Assembly (NCBI GenBank): GCA_951406725.2
Contig: OX597815.1
Coordinates: forward strand, 135,966,001 to 136,030,000
Length of the DNA stretch: 64,000 bases
Reading direction: 5' to 3'
Source of the DNA: Octopus vulgaris
Lineage: Eukaryota
In this document: positions 13,905-26,199 of the stretch, piece after piece
Position numbering within the stretch: the first letter of the stretch is position 1
How the letters are laid out: each line of letters begins with the position of its first letter
The notes under the pieces: generated by a model
Seen by the model: the letters and a program-made list of their open reading frames with translations, nothing else
What the model was told of the DNA's origin: nothing
Database searches by the model: none
Program-made: the position numbers and the translations under genes

Positions 13905-14670
13905 TATTTCGGTTAACATACACAACTCTGCTCTTACTACCTCCATCCACTACAAATACACCGACGCACTCCAATACATCAACTGCTCCTCCTCTCAGCC
14001 TCCACTCACACCAAGCTCTCCACCCCCTACTCCCTATTCCTCCGTCTGTGAAGGCTCTGCAATGACAGCCATAACTTTGAGACTCAGTCTCAACTCATTG
14101 CTCCCCACTTCATCCTTCTTGGATATCCCTTCACCACTATCCACAAAACACTTGCCATAGCACGTTCCGTGGACCATGCCTTTGCTTTCTCTCTTTGCAC
14201 CGCCCCGCCGTTGTCCCTCTCCCGTTTCCCCTCACCTACCGCCCTTCCACTCTGCGCCTCAAACGTACCATTCGCCGAGCCTTCCGGCGACTCCAGCCGA
14301 CCCCTCAACTTCGCACATCTTCCTCAACCCCCTCCTTCCCTCCTTCAAACGAGCCCACAACCTACGTGGCCTCCTGTTTCACAGTTTCTTCCCTAACTCT
14401 TCTTCCCACCTGGTTCGTTTTTCTCGCGCTCGCCTACACTGCCGCACTTGGCCCTACATCTCCAAAACCACCATCCTCATGGGCACCCATCATCGTCACT
14501 ATCATATCACTGACTCCTTTACCTGCACTTCTAGCAGCGTCATTTACTGCATCTCCTGCGCTTTCTGTCCTTCTCTGTACACCAGTCAAACTGGACGGCG
14601 CTTGGCTGACCGGTTCACGGAGCACCTCGGAGATATTTGACTCGGCAATGACACCCCGTGCTCGCACCAC
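13905..14670 (+). mobile_element. Penelope-like (Neptune-type) RT thumb plus GIY-YIG fragment, decayed
   Basis: TTSIHYKYTD (YxKPTD-like) and FTCTSSSVIYCISCAFCPSLYTSQTGRRLADRFTEH. Confidence 0.85.
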
Positions 14671-15389
14671 TTTCAGATTTCATCCCTTGCTATCCGGTTG
14701 TAGTATTATACGTACTTCCAGCTTTGCATTTGGCTTCTGTTATGTGTGAACAGATAATTGAAACTACTTGGAGTCAGCAGGATGGAGTACGGTTGGACAT
14801 TTATTTTCAATCACTACAACTGTTTCTACGCAACGTAGTTCTCCAGGCATGCATGTAATTAATTATGCAACCGTTTACCAGCATTATGAGATGTAGTCGG
14901 GTTTTCTCAGGCGATATGTAAATATTATTTCCGTAAGGTCAAATACTCGGCTTCAAGAGCATCATATCTGTCGTAGCCTGAAGTTATATATCAAAGGTGT
15001 GCTGCTGAAGGACCGTTGGCAAACTGTTTTGAATGTTTAGATGTAATGGTATGGTGATTCTGCTACTGGTAATGTAGTTGCCGTTTTAAAGGGATTGATA
15101 TCTGATTTCTTTGTACTGTTGATTACATGGCTGGTTACACAAGCGATTGTCCATAGCTGACCTTTAAGAATCGGCCCATACTTACACATACATGGTCGTT
15201 CACATCTACATTCATATACATACAAACGCTCGGTGCGTGTGTGTGTGTATGTGTGTGTATGAGTCGCTTAAATATGTACCAATTAAGTATTGTGGTCAAT
15301 GGTAGGACCACCCGCCCATAGAGAACATAGACCACACTCCTGCGTGACCCCTCGTTTAATTGGAAATCAGTCATTATGGGACATGTTTC

Positions 15390-15660
15390 CGCTTGTGCCC
15401 CGATAGACATGCTGCATCTCTTCTCTATTTTTTTCTATCACTGTAACAATGGTCTTTGTTTTTCTGAGTTGGCTGGTCTCGTATCCCAACACTCAGGCAT
15501 TCATGAGCAACTTACATCTTTTATCTCTCGTCTTTTTTGGTCAGTCCACCCCACTCTGCTCCGCACTATCTATCATGCACATTCCGGCCTTCTGGAATCT
15601 TCCTACTGCTCATGTCCTTCTTGTAGGAGTTTTCCTACAACAGTATAAAAGGAACAGTTA
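15390..15660 (+). mobile_element. CR1/Jockey-group LINE 3' fragment
   Basis: RHAASL..FYHCNNGLCFSELAGLV and FWNLP resemble a LINE C-terminus. Confidence 0.5.
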
Positions 15661-16838
15661 TTACACCTGGCTCATCTGCTACAGCGGGCGCGCAAAACTC
15701 ATGGGCAATGCTCTTTCTTCACACTCAACAATTAGTTAAAAATACTAACGATATGAATAAATAGTATTCGGCATTTGATTTCGTCATTGGTGCATTGGAG
15801 AACATTAATGAGTAAATAAAAACTCGATCTCAACAAAGTCATCTGGTCTGCTAGAAATAGCAGGCTGATTTTCTTCAAATTCTAGACTACATTTTTATAA
15901 ATGGAAGAACGAATTTACTAATCTAGTTCAAGAGTCTGCTAATATGAGAAAGATATGGTTGTCTTTGGTCGTAGGTTGCTCAACCAGTGTGCATCAACTG
16001 CGTTAGCATCAACTGGGAAACTCGCTGGTTAGATAAAAAATTTGATACATTTGTTACTGTGTCATTATATTATCATTTGGTGGCGTTGGCAGGCTTTTAT
16101 TAAACAGCTCTCTTTCAAAGATGGTTCATGTAGTGATATTTATTATAACATGCCTTATGAACTCCACAGTAAACACTTCATCCAGTCCGTCAATTCCGAG
16201 ACTAGAAACCTCCATGGACTGCACTATGCACTCTACGTATACAATTTCTAACTCCAAATCAATTGTAGTTGATTTCAACATTCAGCCAGGTCTATGTCTT
16301 TAATCCCTCACATAAATAAATAATAATAAATAAATAAATATGTACGAATATGAATCTGCTTGAATGTATCTATTTCATATCTAAATGTCATATTGTTCAA
16401 ACTTTTAGGATTTGAAAACTTATCCCCTATCAGTATTACACAATCAGTGGTAAATTTTGCTGGGAATTTTTGACTGATATTGAGCTCCATAAAGCTTATG
16501 ACTTTAACTTGTAGACATTAGTAATATGACCTGCTGGCTTAAAGTAGTAAAAGAGAATGGAGAATCACATGAATCTATGTTCAGTAGTTGAAATTAGTTT
16601 CATACCAGATGTCAATATAATGTTAAAAATTAGTGAGAAAGAAAACATCTACCTCGAGCTGATAAGAAATTTGCAGTAATTTTATCCGGAATATAATAAA
16701 CTTTAGATCTCTAACCAATAATCGTTGGAGGTGGTGGTAACATGACTTACTACTTCATTATATATAAACACATACATGGGCACATATGTGTAAAACAAGA
16801 TGGAAAAAATAGTAATGGAATAACAAAAGTAGAGTAAT

Positions 16839-17105
16839 ATGCTTTTATCAAAGCTGCAAAATTATAACAAGACTGATACTCAGTTTCACGTTCCCCTTCG
16901 TCGGACAGTTGTGCTGCAAAAAGTATTTATCACAACTGTCGCCCGATAGACATGCTGTATCTCTTCTCTATTTTTCTGTCACTGTGACAATGGTCTTTAT
17001 TTTTCTGAGTTGGCTGGCCTCGTATCCCAACACTCAGGTGTTCATGAGCAACATGAAATTCTGAATAACAGTCTTGCTATTATTTTCCAGCTTTAATAAA
17101 ACCAT
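16839..17105. mobile_element. Inverted pair of pLTR-like arms; degenerate HHR at 16872-16909 (minus); 112-bp insertion in the right arm
   Basis: Arms 16839-16913 and 16931-16940 plus 17051-17105 are reverse complements; minus-strand actgt-CCGACGA-agg ggaa cgt-GAAA-ctgag-TA-tcagt. Confidence 0.6.
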
Positions 17106-17109
17106 AAAA

Positions 17110-17167
<58 letters not shown>

Positions 17168-17251
17168 ATAAATATTAGGGAATAAATCCAAATTTACAGG
17201 GAAAAAATCAGATTTAGGATTAAATCCAATTTTATAGTAAAATATTATATA

Positions 17252-17517
17252 ATATTAATTCGAGACAAAACCACTATTTTGCAAAACAAACAAGGAAAGA
17301 CTTAATCAATACATAGAAATTTTTAATATAAAGAAATAAACCGCCACTACAATCGTTTCATAAATTAAAATAGATTAGGAGATCGAAAATCCACCTGACG
17401 AATGTCATTGAAGACATGAAACGATTGTAGTGGCGGTTTATTTCTTTATATTAAAAATTTTATGTATTGATTAAGTCTTTCCTTGTTTGTTTTGCAAAAT
17501 AGTGGTTTTGTCTCGAA

Positions 17518-17524
<7 letters not shown>
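17252..17524. mobile_element. Penelope-type solo pLTR with an inverted partial copy, between (TA)n tracts
   Basis: 17252-17361 and 17416-17524 form a near-perfect ~109-bp inverted repeat; the right arm is the 3' half of the HHR. Confidence 0.75.
17391..17433 (+). ncRNA. Canonical minimal type-I hammerhead ribozyme
   Basis: ccac-CTGACGA-atgtc attgaa gacat-GAAA-cgattg-TA-gtgg; all core nucleotides present; predicted cleavage after A17429. Confidence 0.85.
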
Positions 17525-17613
<89 letters not shown>

Positions 17614-17850
17614 TGTAGTGGGACCCTTTTTCGTGCCGCCGGCGCAGGTGCCAGTGGGGCTCGCAGCGGCAACGATCGGTTGGTGCTTTTTACGTGCCAC
17701 CGGCATCACTTCCCATCACTTCGGCGGCGTTCTTTTAAGTATCTGTCTGTCACCAACAACACACGAACATGAGAACAAATATTATCAATCAGATATTCTT
17801 GCGTTCATTTATATGTGTGTGTGTTCTATATGTGTGTGTGTGTATATATA

Positions 17851-18794
17851 CTAGCTGAAGGTGACCCGCTCTACGCGCGGGTAAGAGTGTGGTTATAGCG
17901 CCGCCTTGACTTGCTTCTGTGCCGGTGGCACGTAAAAAAGCACCAACCGATCGTTGCCGCTGCGAGCCCCACTGGCACATGAGCCGGCGGCACGAAAAAA
18001 GGACCCACTACTCTCACAGAGTGGTTGTCGTTAGGAAGGTCATCCACCTGTAGAAACACTGCCTCCTGGCTTCCCAGACCCCGGTCACACTGCCCAACCC
18101 GTGCTAGCACGGAAAACGCTACGTTAAACGATGATGATGATGATGATTCTCCGTCTTTGTTTCTCTCTCCTTTCTCTCTCACTTTCCCACTCTCTTACTT
18201 TTCTTTTCTCTCGGACTCTCCCTCGCTTTCTCTTACTCTCTATCTTTATCTATCTCTCTCCCATTTATAAACAACAGAAGATCTTGAGTAAGTTGAGAAA
18301 TAAAACATTTAGAAAGATGAATCATAAATATCAGGCAGTGGCAACGGAAAGGTCTGCTTCAAAGCAGACAGCAAAACGCTAACATTTAAAAGGGACAGAC
18401 GAACTTGCGAGCTGAATAAAAATAATAAAATATTGGAAACCAAAGTTTGAAGGGATAGAATCTGGGATAGTAGAGTCACCATGGCTGGCATTTCTTAACG
18501 ACAGACAACAACATATTGACAGTTTAGCTTGATGTAACAGAGAATTCCTAAACACCCACTCCTTGAAATTTTAATCCCCTTCCAGCCCCATTTAGACCCC
18601 TTTTCACATTTTGTTTAATATAACACGATTTCATTCGGATCTACTGGGGCCACATTTTATAAGATGAGGAATTTTGTCCTTGAGGTGACGTCTTTCATTT
18701 GAGGAAAAAGATAGTTGTTATGCAAACTTGCCAGCACTTTTAACATAGGTGTGCATATTTTCAGCTGAATCGACCGACTACGTAATGCACACAT

Positions 18795-18868
<74 letters not shown>

Positions 18869-19647
18869 CGCATTATATATACAAATGTATACAAATGAGA
18901 TGTATATCTGTATAAATTAAATTAGAGATAAAACCACTAATAGGCAAATCAAAAAGTGATAAACCAAAAACAAAATCATAAAAAAAATATAATATAGAAA
19001 ATATATAAAATATAAAATTGAAAAATTTTAATTATTTAAATTGAAAATAAAAATTATTAAATTATATTTATAATTTGTTTAAAAATATATATAACTATGA
19101 ACAAGTATGAAAAAGTTTAATATACATAAATACAGATATATACACTTTGTATATATACATATTTATATATAGAACACACACACACACACATACATTATAT
19201 ATACATATTTATATATAGAACACACACACACACACACACATATAAATGAACGCAAGAATATCTGATTCATGATATTTGTTCTCATGCTCGTGTGTTGTTG
19301 GTGACAGACAGATACTTAAAAGAACGCCGCCGAAGTGATGGGAAGGTAGGAAACATAGTCAGGGAAAAAGAGAGGAAATAGCGAGAGTGACAGATACTTT
19401 AAATAACGGTAGTGGTCTTGTCACAGTTATATATGAAGAGGAGTGAGAGGGTATTGTAAGAAATAGCGTGAGTGAGGAAGATGGCCCCTAGCAACCACAC
19501 CTTTTAAGATAGGGATTTCTAAGGTAGCCCACGAGCATCGTCACCTCATTCTACATGTCCCTGTAAATTTTGGAGCGAATCTGACGGGATGTAGTGGCAT
19601 TGAAAGCGATCCAAGCGGTAAAAACGCATTTCAGTTTTATATATAGA

Positions 19648-19650
<3 letters not shown>
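17851..19650 (-). mobile_element. Non-autonomous Helitron-like element with nested SINE and microsatellites
   Basis: Minus-strand 5' TC(TTCTATATATAAAACTGAAATG), 3' hairpin ACCCGC/GCGGGT (17864-17882) then CTAG; inserted between A and T. Confidence 0.7.
17900..18146 (+). mobile_element. SINE family 3, 3' part ending in (GAT)n
   Basis: GGCACGTAAAAA(A)GCACC...AGGAAGG.CATCCA.CTGTAGAAAC...GTTAAACGATGATG; also at 19722-19960 (+) and, decayed, at 25500-25720 (-). Confidence 0.7.
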
Positions 19651-19689
<39 letters not shown>

Positions 19690-19721
19690 GTAAAAAGAGA
19701 TATATATATATATATATATAT

Positions 19722-19960
19722 ATGGCACGTAAAAAGCACCAACCGATCGTGGCCGTTGCCAGCTTCGCCTGGCAGCTGTGCCGGCGGCACGTAAAAAGCA
19801 CCCACTACACTCACGGAGTGGTTGGCGTTATGAAGGGCATCCAGCTGTAGAAACACTGCCAGATCAGACTAGGCCTGGTGCAGCCTCCTGACTTCCCAGA
19901 CCCCGGTCGAACCGTCCAACCCATGCTAGCATGGAAAGTGGACGTTAAACGATGATGAGA
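19722..19960 (+). mobile_element. SINE family 3, 3' part
   Basis: Homologous to 17900-18146. Confidence 0.7.
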
Positions 19961-20006
<46 letters not shown>

Positions 20007-20007
<1 letters not shown>

Positions 20008-21283
20008 GAGGGGCGTTCAATAAGTAATGCCCCTGACCCACTTCCCATTGCAGTAGAGCAACGAAACTTGGTCTTTTTCTACATAGGAACCAATCAGAGT
20101 TACACATTTCTCCCATCGTTTGATGCAACTCTGGAGACCGTTTTTGTAGAAGACCCCAGCTTGGTCCTCCAACCACGATGTGACTTCAGAAATCAAGGCT
20201 GCATCATCTGGGAAATGCTTTCCTTTCAAAAACAACTTCAAGGCTGGGAAGAGGTGAAAATCAGAGGGTGCAAGGTCAGGAGGTTAGGGGGATGGGGGAG
20301 GAGTTAATAGCCGCACGCCTGTGCTTCTGATCTGGCGACACGCGAGTTGTAGACCGGAGCGTTGTCCTGCAGGAGGAGGATGCCTTTGCTGATCTTGCTC
20401 CGCCTCTTGATTTTGATAGCTTCTCTTAATTTCCTCAAAAGTGAAGCATAATAGGCTCCTGTAATTGTGGTACCCTTTGCCAGGAAATCTGTCATCACTA
20501 GTCCGTCCTGGTCCCAGAAGACTGTGAGCATGATCTTGCCAGCGGAGGGCTGCACCCATGCCTTCTTTGGAGGAGGTGAGTCACGGTCCTTCCACTGCAT
20601 TGACTGGGCTTTGGTCTCTGGATCATAGTGATGGACCCAGGTTTCATCCTGTGTAATCAGTCTTTTGAAAAATTTTGACTCATCTTCTTGGCACATCTCC
20701 AAATTCATCCTCGAGCACTCGACGTGTTCTTGCTTCTGGAAAGGTGTGAGCAACCTGGGAATCCATCTGGCAGACACCTTTTGCATATGCAAATGGTCAT
20801 GAATGATAGTTTCCACAGACCCGGTACTAAACTTGACCTCATGGGCTATTTGGCGAATAGTTATGCGTCGTTCTTCCAAAATGGCAGCCTCAACATGACG
20901 GACAGATGCCTCATCAATGGCAGAAAGGGGGCGACCAGATCTGAGAGCTGTTTCCACAGAGTTCCAACCATGTTTGAATTCATGATGCCAGCGTTTTGCA
21001 AGGTCATATGATGGGGCATCATCACCATAAGTTACTTTCATTTCATCAAAAGTCTCCCGTGGTGTGCGTCCTTTCAAATAAAAAACCGGATCACTGCTCG
21101 ACACTCAACAGGCTCCATTTCACACTTGACTCAGTTCAAACACCTGTATATCAGAAACCACAATTAGTTCAGAGCTGTAATTTGCCACTTAATCTATACA
21201 GATATAAATAATTGCACATGTAAATTTTCAGCTAGATCAAACAATTGCAAGTGGGTCAGAGGCATTACTTATTGAACGCCTCA
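20007..21283 (-). mobile_element. Full-length mariner (Tc1/mariner, DD34D-type) DNA transposon
   Basis: TIRs of ~35 bp, CGAGGGGCGTTCAATAAGTAATGCCCCTGACCCACTT and AAGTGGGTCAGAGGCATTACTTATTGAACGCCTCA; TA on both flanks; 1.28 kb. Confidence 0.95.
20060..21104 (-). pseudogene. Mariner transposase with a stop and frameshift near the YSPDL motif
   Basis: RSGRP, WIPRLL, TQDETWVHHYDPE, LLQDNAP; stop at ~20304, then HPP, PSDFHLF and RWEKCV in shifted frames. Confidence 0.92.
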
Positions 21284-24200
21284 TATAAAATGAAGCTACA
21301 CACACATACGATAAGAAGTAAATCATAAATACTAATTTAGAGCAAAGTAGAAAAGATAATCTATCTGACATGACTTGGATCCTGTGCCATTGTGGCCTTT
21401 TGTTTGCCGAGTGACGGCGTTACTGATTATACGTATGGAAATTTGACCACCATTCACTCACAAATTAATATTTTGTTTGTCCAAAGCATCTTCATATATT
21501 TGTCCTAAATGTCCATGTTTGTGCTCAGAATTCTAGCTCGTATTTCGTACGTTCTAAGTAAATTAATCCTATAACTTCCAATTCATTCTGTTGAAATAAA
21601 AATTGGGAATGTATATCATATATGATAAATGAACGCCAGAGAAATAAGACCCGTCTATCACAAGTGTTACAAACAATAAACAAAGGGTTAATCATTATAA
21701 ATGTCTTGCTTCAGTTAACTAAAACCTTACCACAAATTGATCTTACGTGTTTTGCTGATAATTCCTCAGGCACTCAGCTTCATTAGATAGGCATTTAAGT
21801 ATGGGATAACACAGCAACACATCTTATTTAAATTAAATGCTTAATCCTAAGAATAAGAGATTTTAATCCCAAGAATATGAACATTCATATATAATCAATT
21901 TCATTCAAAGTACGCACCTATTAGTTGCCAGGTCACCTCTTTACTAATTACACACCAGAACGCTTTCCATTTGCTTCTCTCAAATTAAAAACTATAAATA
22001 TTTTACTCATATAAACACATCAAAATCTAAATACATTTCATGTGCTTCGTAGATAATTTGTATTTAATTAGGTACCTAGCTCCTGTATATCATTTCATTT
22101 ATTCTTTCAACCCATTTATTTATATACTTATAATGCAATTTCAAATGTCTATGCTTTCTTGTTATGTGCGTGTTTCCATAATATGAAGTGATGGAGCTAT
22201 TACATAAAGTTTTATTAATTAAATTTGTTCCATAACGTTTGCATCACAAAGAAACATTCTGAAATAAATGCATTTACAGGTTCATTATATTCAGTTTTAG
22301 AAATGGAAAACTGATCAGTGATATTTATGATATTGATAATTTAGAACTTTATTGTGGATACGTGAAAATAAACTATAGTCTCATAGTCAATAGTTTTATA
22401 ATAACCATCGTTATTATAACTCACACTTGATTAAAATTATTTATCTTACACCTTTATAAGATAAGTAAAACGTTTCAATTATTTCACTCTATCGTTTAAA
22501 TATTTATGCATTAAAATGAAAATGAAACTGCGATGTGTCCTTTGCTAAGGTTTCTAATTCTTAAATGGCTCGGTAACGTATCATACGTAAACATTGCAGG
22601 GTTATATGATTCATTGTGTGCTGAACAATCGATATTGTTATTTGTTAAATTACAGTAATGATTTACTTCCGATAGACTGCCGTCCCATCCAGGCGAAGGT
22701 ATCTTACTCAGCTACTAAATACCACAGGATATGGAACGATGCATCAGTTCAGAGAAAAGGTGTCGTCGTCGAATGTAATATAGGTAATTTTGCAGCTATA
22801 AATATCAATTGTTCTGAATTTCCCATCCCGGTATTCATCATTATCTAACGTTGAGTACTATCATCATTTCCGAACAACCATACTGTAAGTTATCGTATCA
22901 CAGTCCAGTCTTATTCTGTCATACAAATCTGTACCCTCAACAGTTGTATATATTTGATTGAAGTTATGTGGACCCTGTCGTTAAACTTCAAGTATATTGG
23001 ATCTACAGTGCCTTTGTCGGATATGAACATGTGATTTATAATTAAGCGTTTACTCCTAATAAATAACCACACGAGAACTCCCTGTTCTCCATATGAACAA
23101 ACAAAAAAAATGCATTTTCATGAGCCAAGGAAAATTTTGACATGGAAGGTAATCAGCATTTGACATGGCAATGGACTACCGTTTTTCAAATACCTTGCCC
23201 TATTGTCCACGTAGTATATTCAAAATAAGCCAAGCTTACTTAGACTCGGTAAAATTGCTCCGTTACAGATTTTCATCATAACAACATGCTAACTAAAGAC
23301 GGATTTCTTTTACGTGAATCCATCAGGAAGGTAAAACAGGGGAAAAACGTATGCCTTGTTTACGTGTATTATTATTTAAATAAGACCGCAATAATTGAGT
23401 TTAATTGAGTTAATAAGAATTCATTTTGTGAATAATTTTAGATGTGGGGAAATTTCAATGAAAGCATAGAAAAATAAACGTGAATAAATATAGACTTAAT
23501 TCGAGAGTTAAAAAAAATATATTAAAACAAAAACATATATCAAAACAAAGAAAGGAGAAAGACTTATTTCTAGATGAAGAAATAAAAATAAAACGTCGGA
23601 AATATAGCAGGTAATAGTTTCATTTTTTTCCATTAGATAAGGCAACTTGAGTGCGTAGTAAATGCTAGTTCCGAGATAATATTTAAATTCTTCAAAACAG
23701 TTCCTTGTGCCTTCTTTAAAACATTAGTTCTGAAAGAAGATGGCGGAGAGATTAAAGCACGCGATAATGCAGTCAAAATGGCGTAGAGCTTCAAAATGAC
23801 CTGAACCAACTAAGAAAAAGTAACTTATTTTTGTTGTTTGTACCCTAACTTCAAGTAAACATTTTTCTCTTCTATGTTTGGTTGTTTTTATATATTTTCT
23901 TTCTTTACCAAATTATCACCAATACAAAACTTTGATTAAACTTTTCAAAGTAAATATATATAAAAAAAACAAGAAGTTTGTCATTTTTGTAGTTATTTTT
24001 TTTTCACAGGTCTTTTACCTTTCTGACTTTCTTCCATCATTATAACGAAGAACAAACCAAAACCATTACCATCACCACTACCTTTAGCAACACGAGCAGA
24101 GCCACTCTCATCGCCACTGTGATCACGACTAAACGTATCATCTCTATCATTACATTATCTGATATAAGTCTGTTCAAAATATTCACTTAAATTCAATGAA

Positions 24201-24285
24201 AGTTGCGCTATATACTTCATACGAACATTCAGAAATAAGTAGAAAAAAATTCAAAGTTGCAATATGCGATCATTTCACACACACA

Positions 24286-24343
<58 letters not shown>

Positions 24344-24755
24344 AACAAATACACACACACACACACATGTATGTGTGTATTCATCTATGAATATATGTGT
24401 GTATGTGTGTGGAGAGAGGAAACGAAGTTCATTTAACATAATTTGATAAACGACTAACAATCGCAACCAGTCTGGAGAAGCTTCCTAAATCTAAGGCATG
24501 TCTCCCCTTTCGACAAGTTGTTTTGATAAAATTTGGTTTAAATGTTTAACAACTCAGCACCGTCCATTGGACGGGAGAGCGTTTTGCTCGTATATATATA
24601 TATATATGGCAAGAAGAAAATGGAGGGAATCCAGAGGTAGTATTCATCACCTGTTAGACATTATATTATGTCCATTTATTTATTTAAAACAGTTCTGATA
24701 ACATATACATGTGTAAAGTACCAGTAATTTCTAGAATAGAGAAAGAAGAGCAGTT

Positions 24756-24881
24756 TCTTACAGCTGTTTCTCCCAAGAGGCCACAGTACCTCACATGCTA
24801 TTTCCATCTTTTCAGTGCGCTGTAGTTATCTGTAGAAAAAAATAATGGGTACTTGGGTGTGCCTCTAGGCTTCGTCAGAAA
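24756..24881 (-). ncRNA. Type-I hammerhead with ~100-nt stem II, partly degenerate
   Basis: Minus strand: ttt-CTGACGA-ag cctagaggc..agtacc...ggtact..gcctcttgg ga-GAAA-cagctg-TA-aga. Confidence 0.55.
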
Positions 24882-24958
24882 GTTTAGAAGATAGTCTAAG
24901 AAGTTCAGAGGGCTAATTTATGCAATACATACATATATACACACATATATATATATAT

Positions 24959-25187
24959 GGCGGCGAGCTGGCAGAATCGTTAGCATGCCGGGCGAAATGC
25001 GTAGCCGTATTTCGTCCGCCGTTACGCTCTGAGTTCAAATTCCGCCGAGGTCGACTTTGCCTTTCATCCTTTCTGGGTCGATTAAATAAGTACCAGTTAC
25101 ACACTGGGGTCGATATAATCGACTTAATCCATTTGTCTGTCCTTGTTTGTCCTCTGTGTTTAGCCCCTTGTGGGTAGTAAAGAAATA
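24959..25187 (+). mobile_element. SINE family 1, full length, within (TA)n
   Basis: Close match to 56238-56470. Confidence 0.9.
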
Positions 25188-25755
25188 TATATATATATAT
25201 ATATACTGACATATATACATGTCTTCTAGGGGACCATCATGGTTTCTTTCTCTCTAGTTCTTAACGTTCTCAGGATTCAACCAACCAGCCGTCTGCACTT
25301 GGTCACTATCTTGGTAATGTGCACTTGGAAAGAGGTATCATCAGTCATGTCGATACCCTAGTCCCGCACTGATATAGGTTCTGGGAATGTAATCCCTCTC
25401 TGAGCTGGTTTAACCTGTAAGTTTTACGTTCAGTTTTGGGACCTGGTAGCGTGGAGCTTGGAAATTTCCTGCAATAAACTGCATATTATTATCTTCAGCC
25501 CATCTGTAAATTGAGTTGGATTGTTTGACAGGGGCCAGCCAGGTAGGAGCCTACCCCAAGCTATTGTGTCAGTTTTGGCATGATCTTTATAGCTGGATGC
25601 CCTTCCTAACACCATCAGCTCCACAGAGTGAACTCAGAGCTTTTTACAAGGCACCAGCACAGGTGAGGTCAGTTTGGGCATGGTTTTTACAGCTGGATGC
25701 CCTTCCAGATGCCAACCAGTAACAAAGGTGGAAAGCTATTATTATTATTATTATC

Positions 25756-25825
<70 letters not shown>

Positions 25826-25827
<2 letters not shown>

Positions 25828-26048
25828 GTCATTTACTTTTAATCTGCATGTTTGATGCAATCACTTGCCGGGGCACACCCAGCGCCCTAGGGCAAGTGAA
25901 GGTTAAGAATTGTTGAAATATAGCCGAAAGCTTGGGGAGGGGAAGTAGAGAAATATCTCCATGTAATACAAACACAAACATTTACATTGATAGGGTTTTT
26001 CTAAGGATGTGGGCAGTACTTGTTAGCACAATCTTTTGGATTTCTTTC
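25826..26048 (-). mobile_element. R4/Dong LINE 3' end (same family as 37161-39470)
   Basis: KEIQKIVLTSTAHILRKTLSM* plus 3' UTR, flanked by (TTA)n on both sides. Confidence 0.9.
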
Positions 26049-26065
26049 TATTATTATTATTGTTG

Positions 26066-26139
<74 letters not shown>

Positions 26140-26199
26140 GTTATTATTATCATCGTTATTAATTTTCGAATACTCTGTGGAAATTTCACACAATGTCAT

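Noticed and set aside
22580-23100. Coding-looking unique sequence; the minus strand gives DIYSCKITYITFDDD, faintly like a Cys-loop receptor
   Set aside because: Multiple in-frame stops, no FPFD or WxPD motif and no convincing splice sites; TBLASTX would be needed.
24959-25050. SINE heads as tRNA genes
   Set aside because: Box A/B-like motifs are present, but no complete cloverleaf was found and they run into the SINE core.
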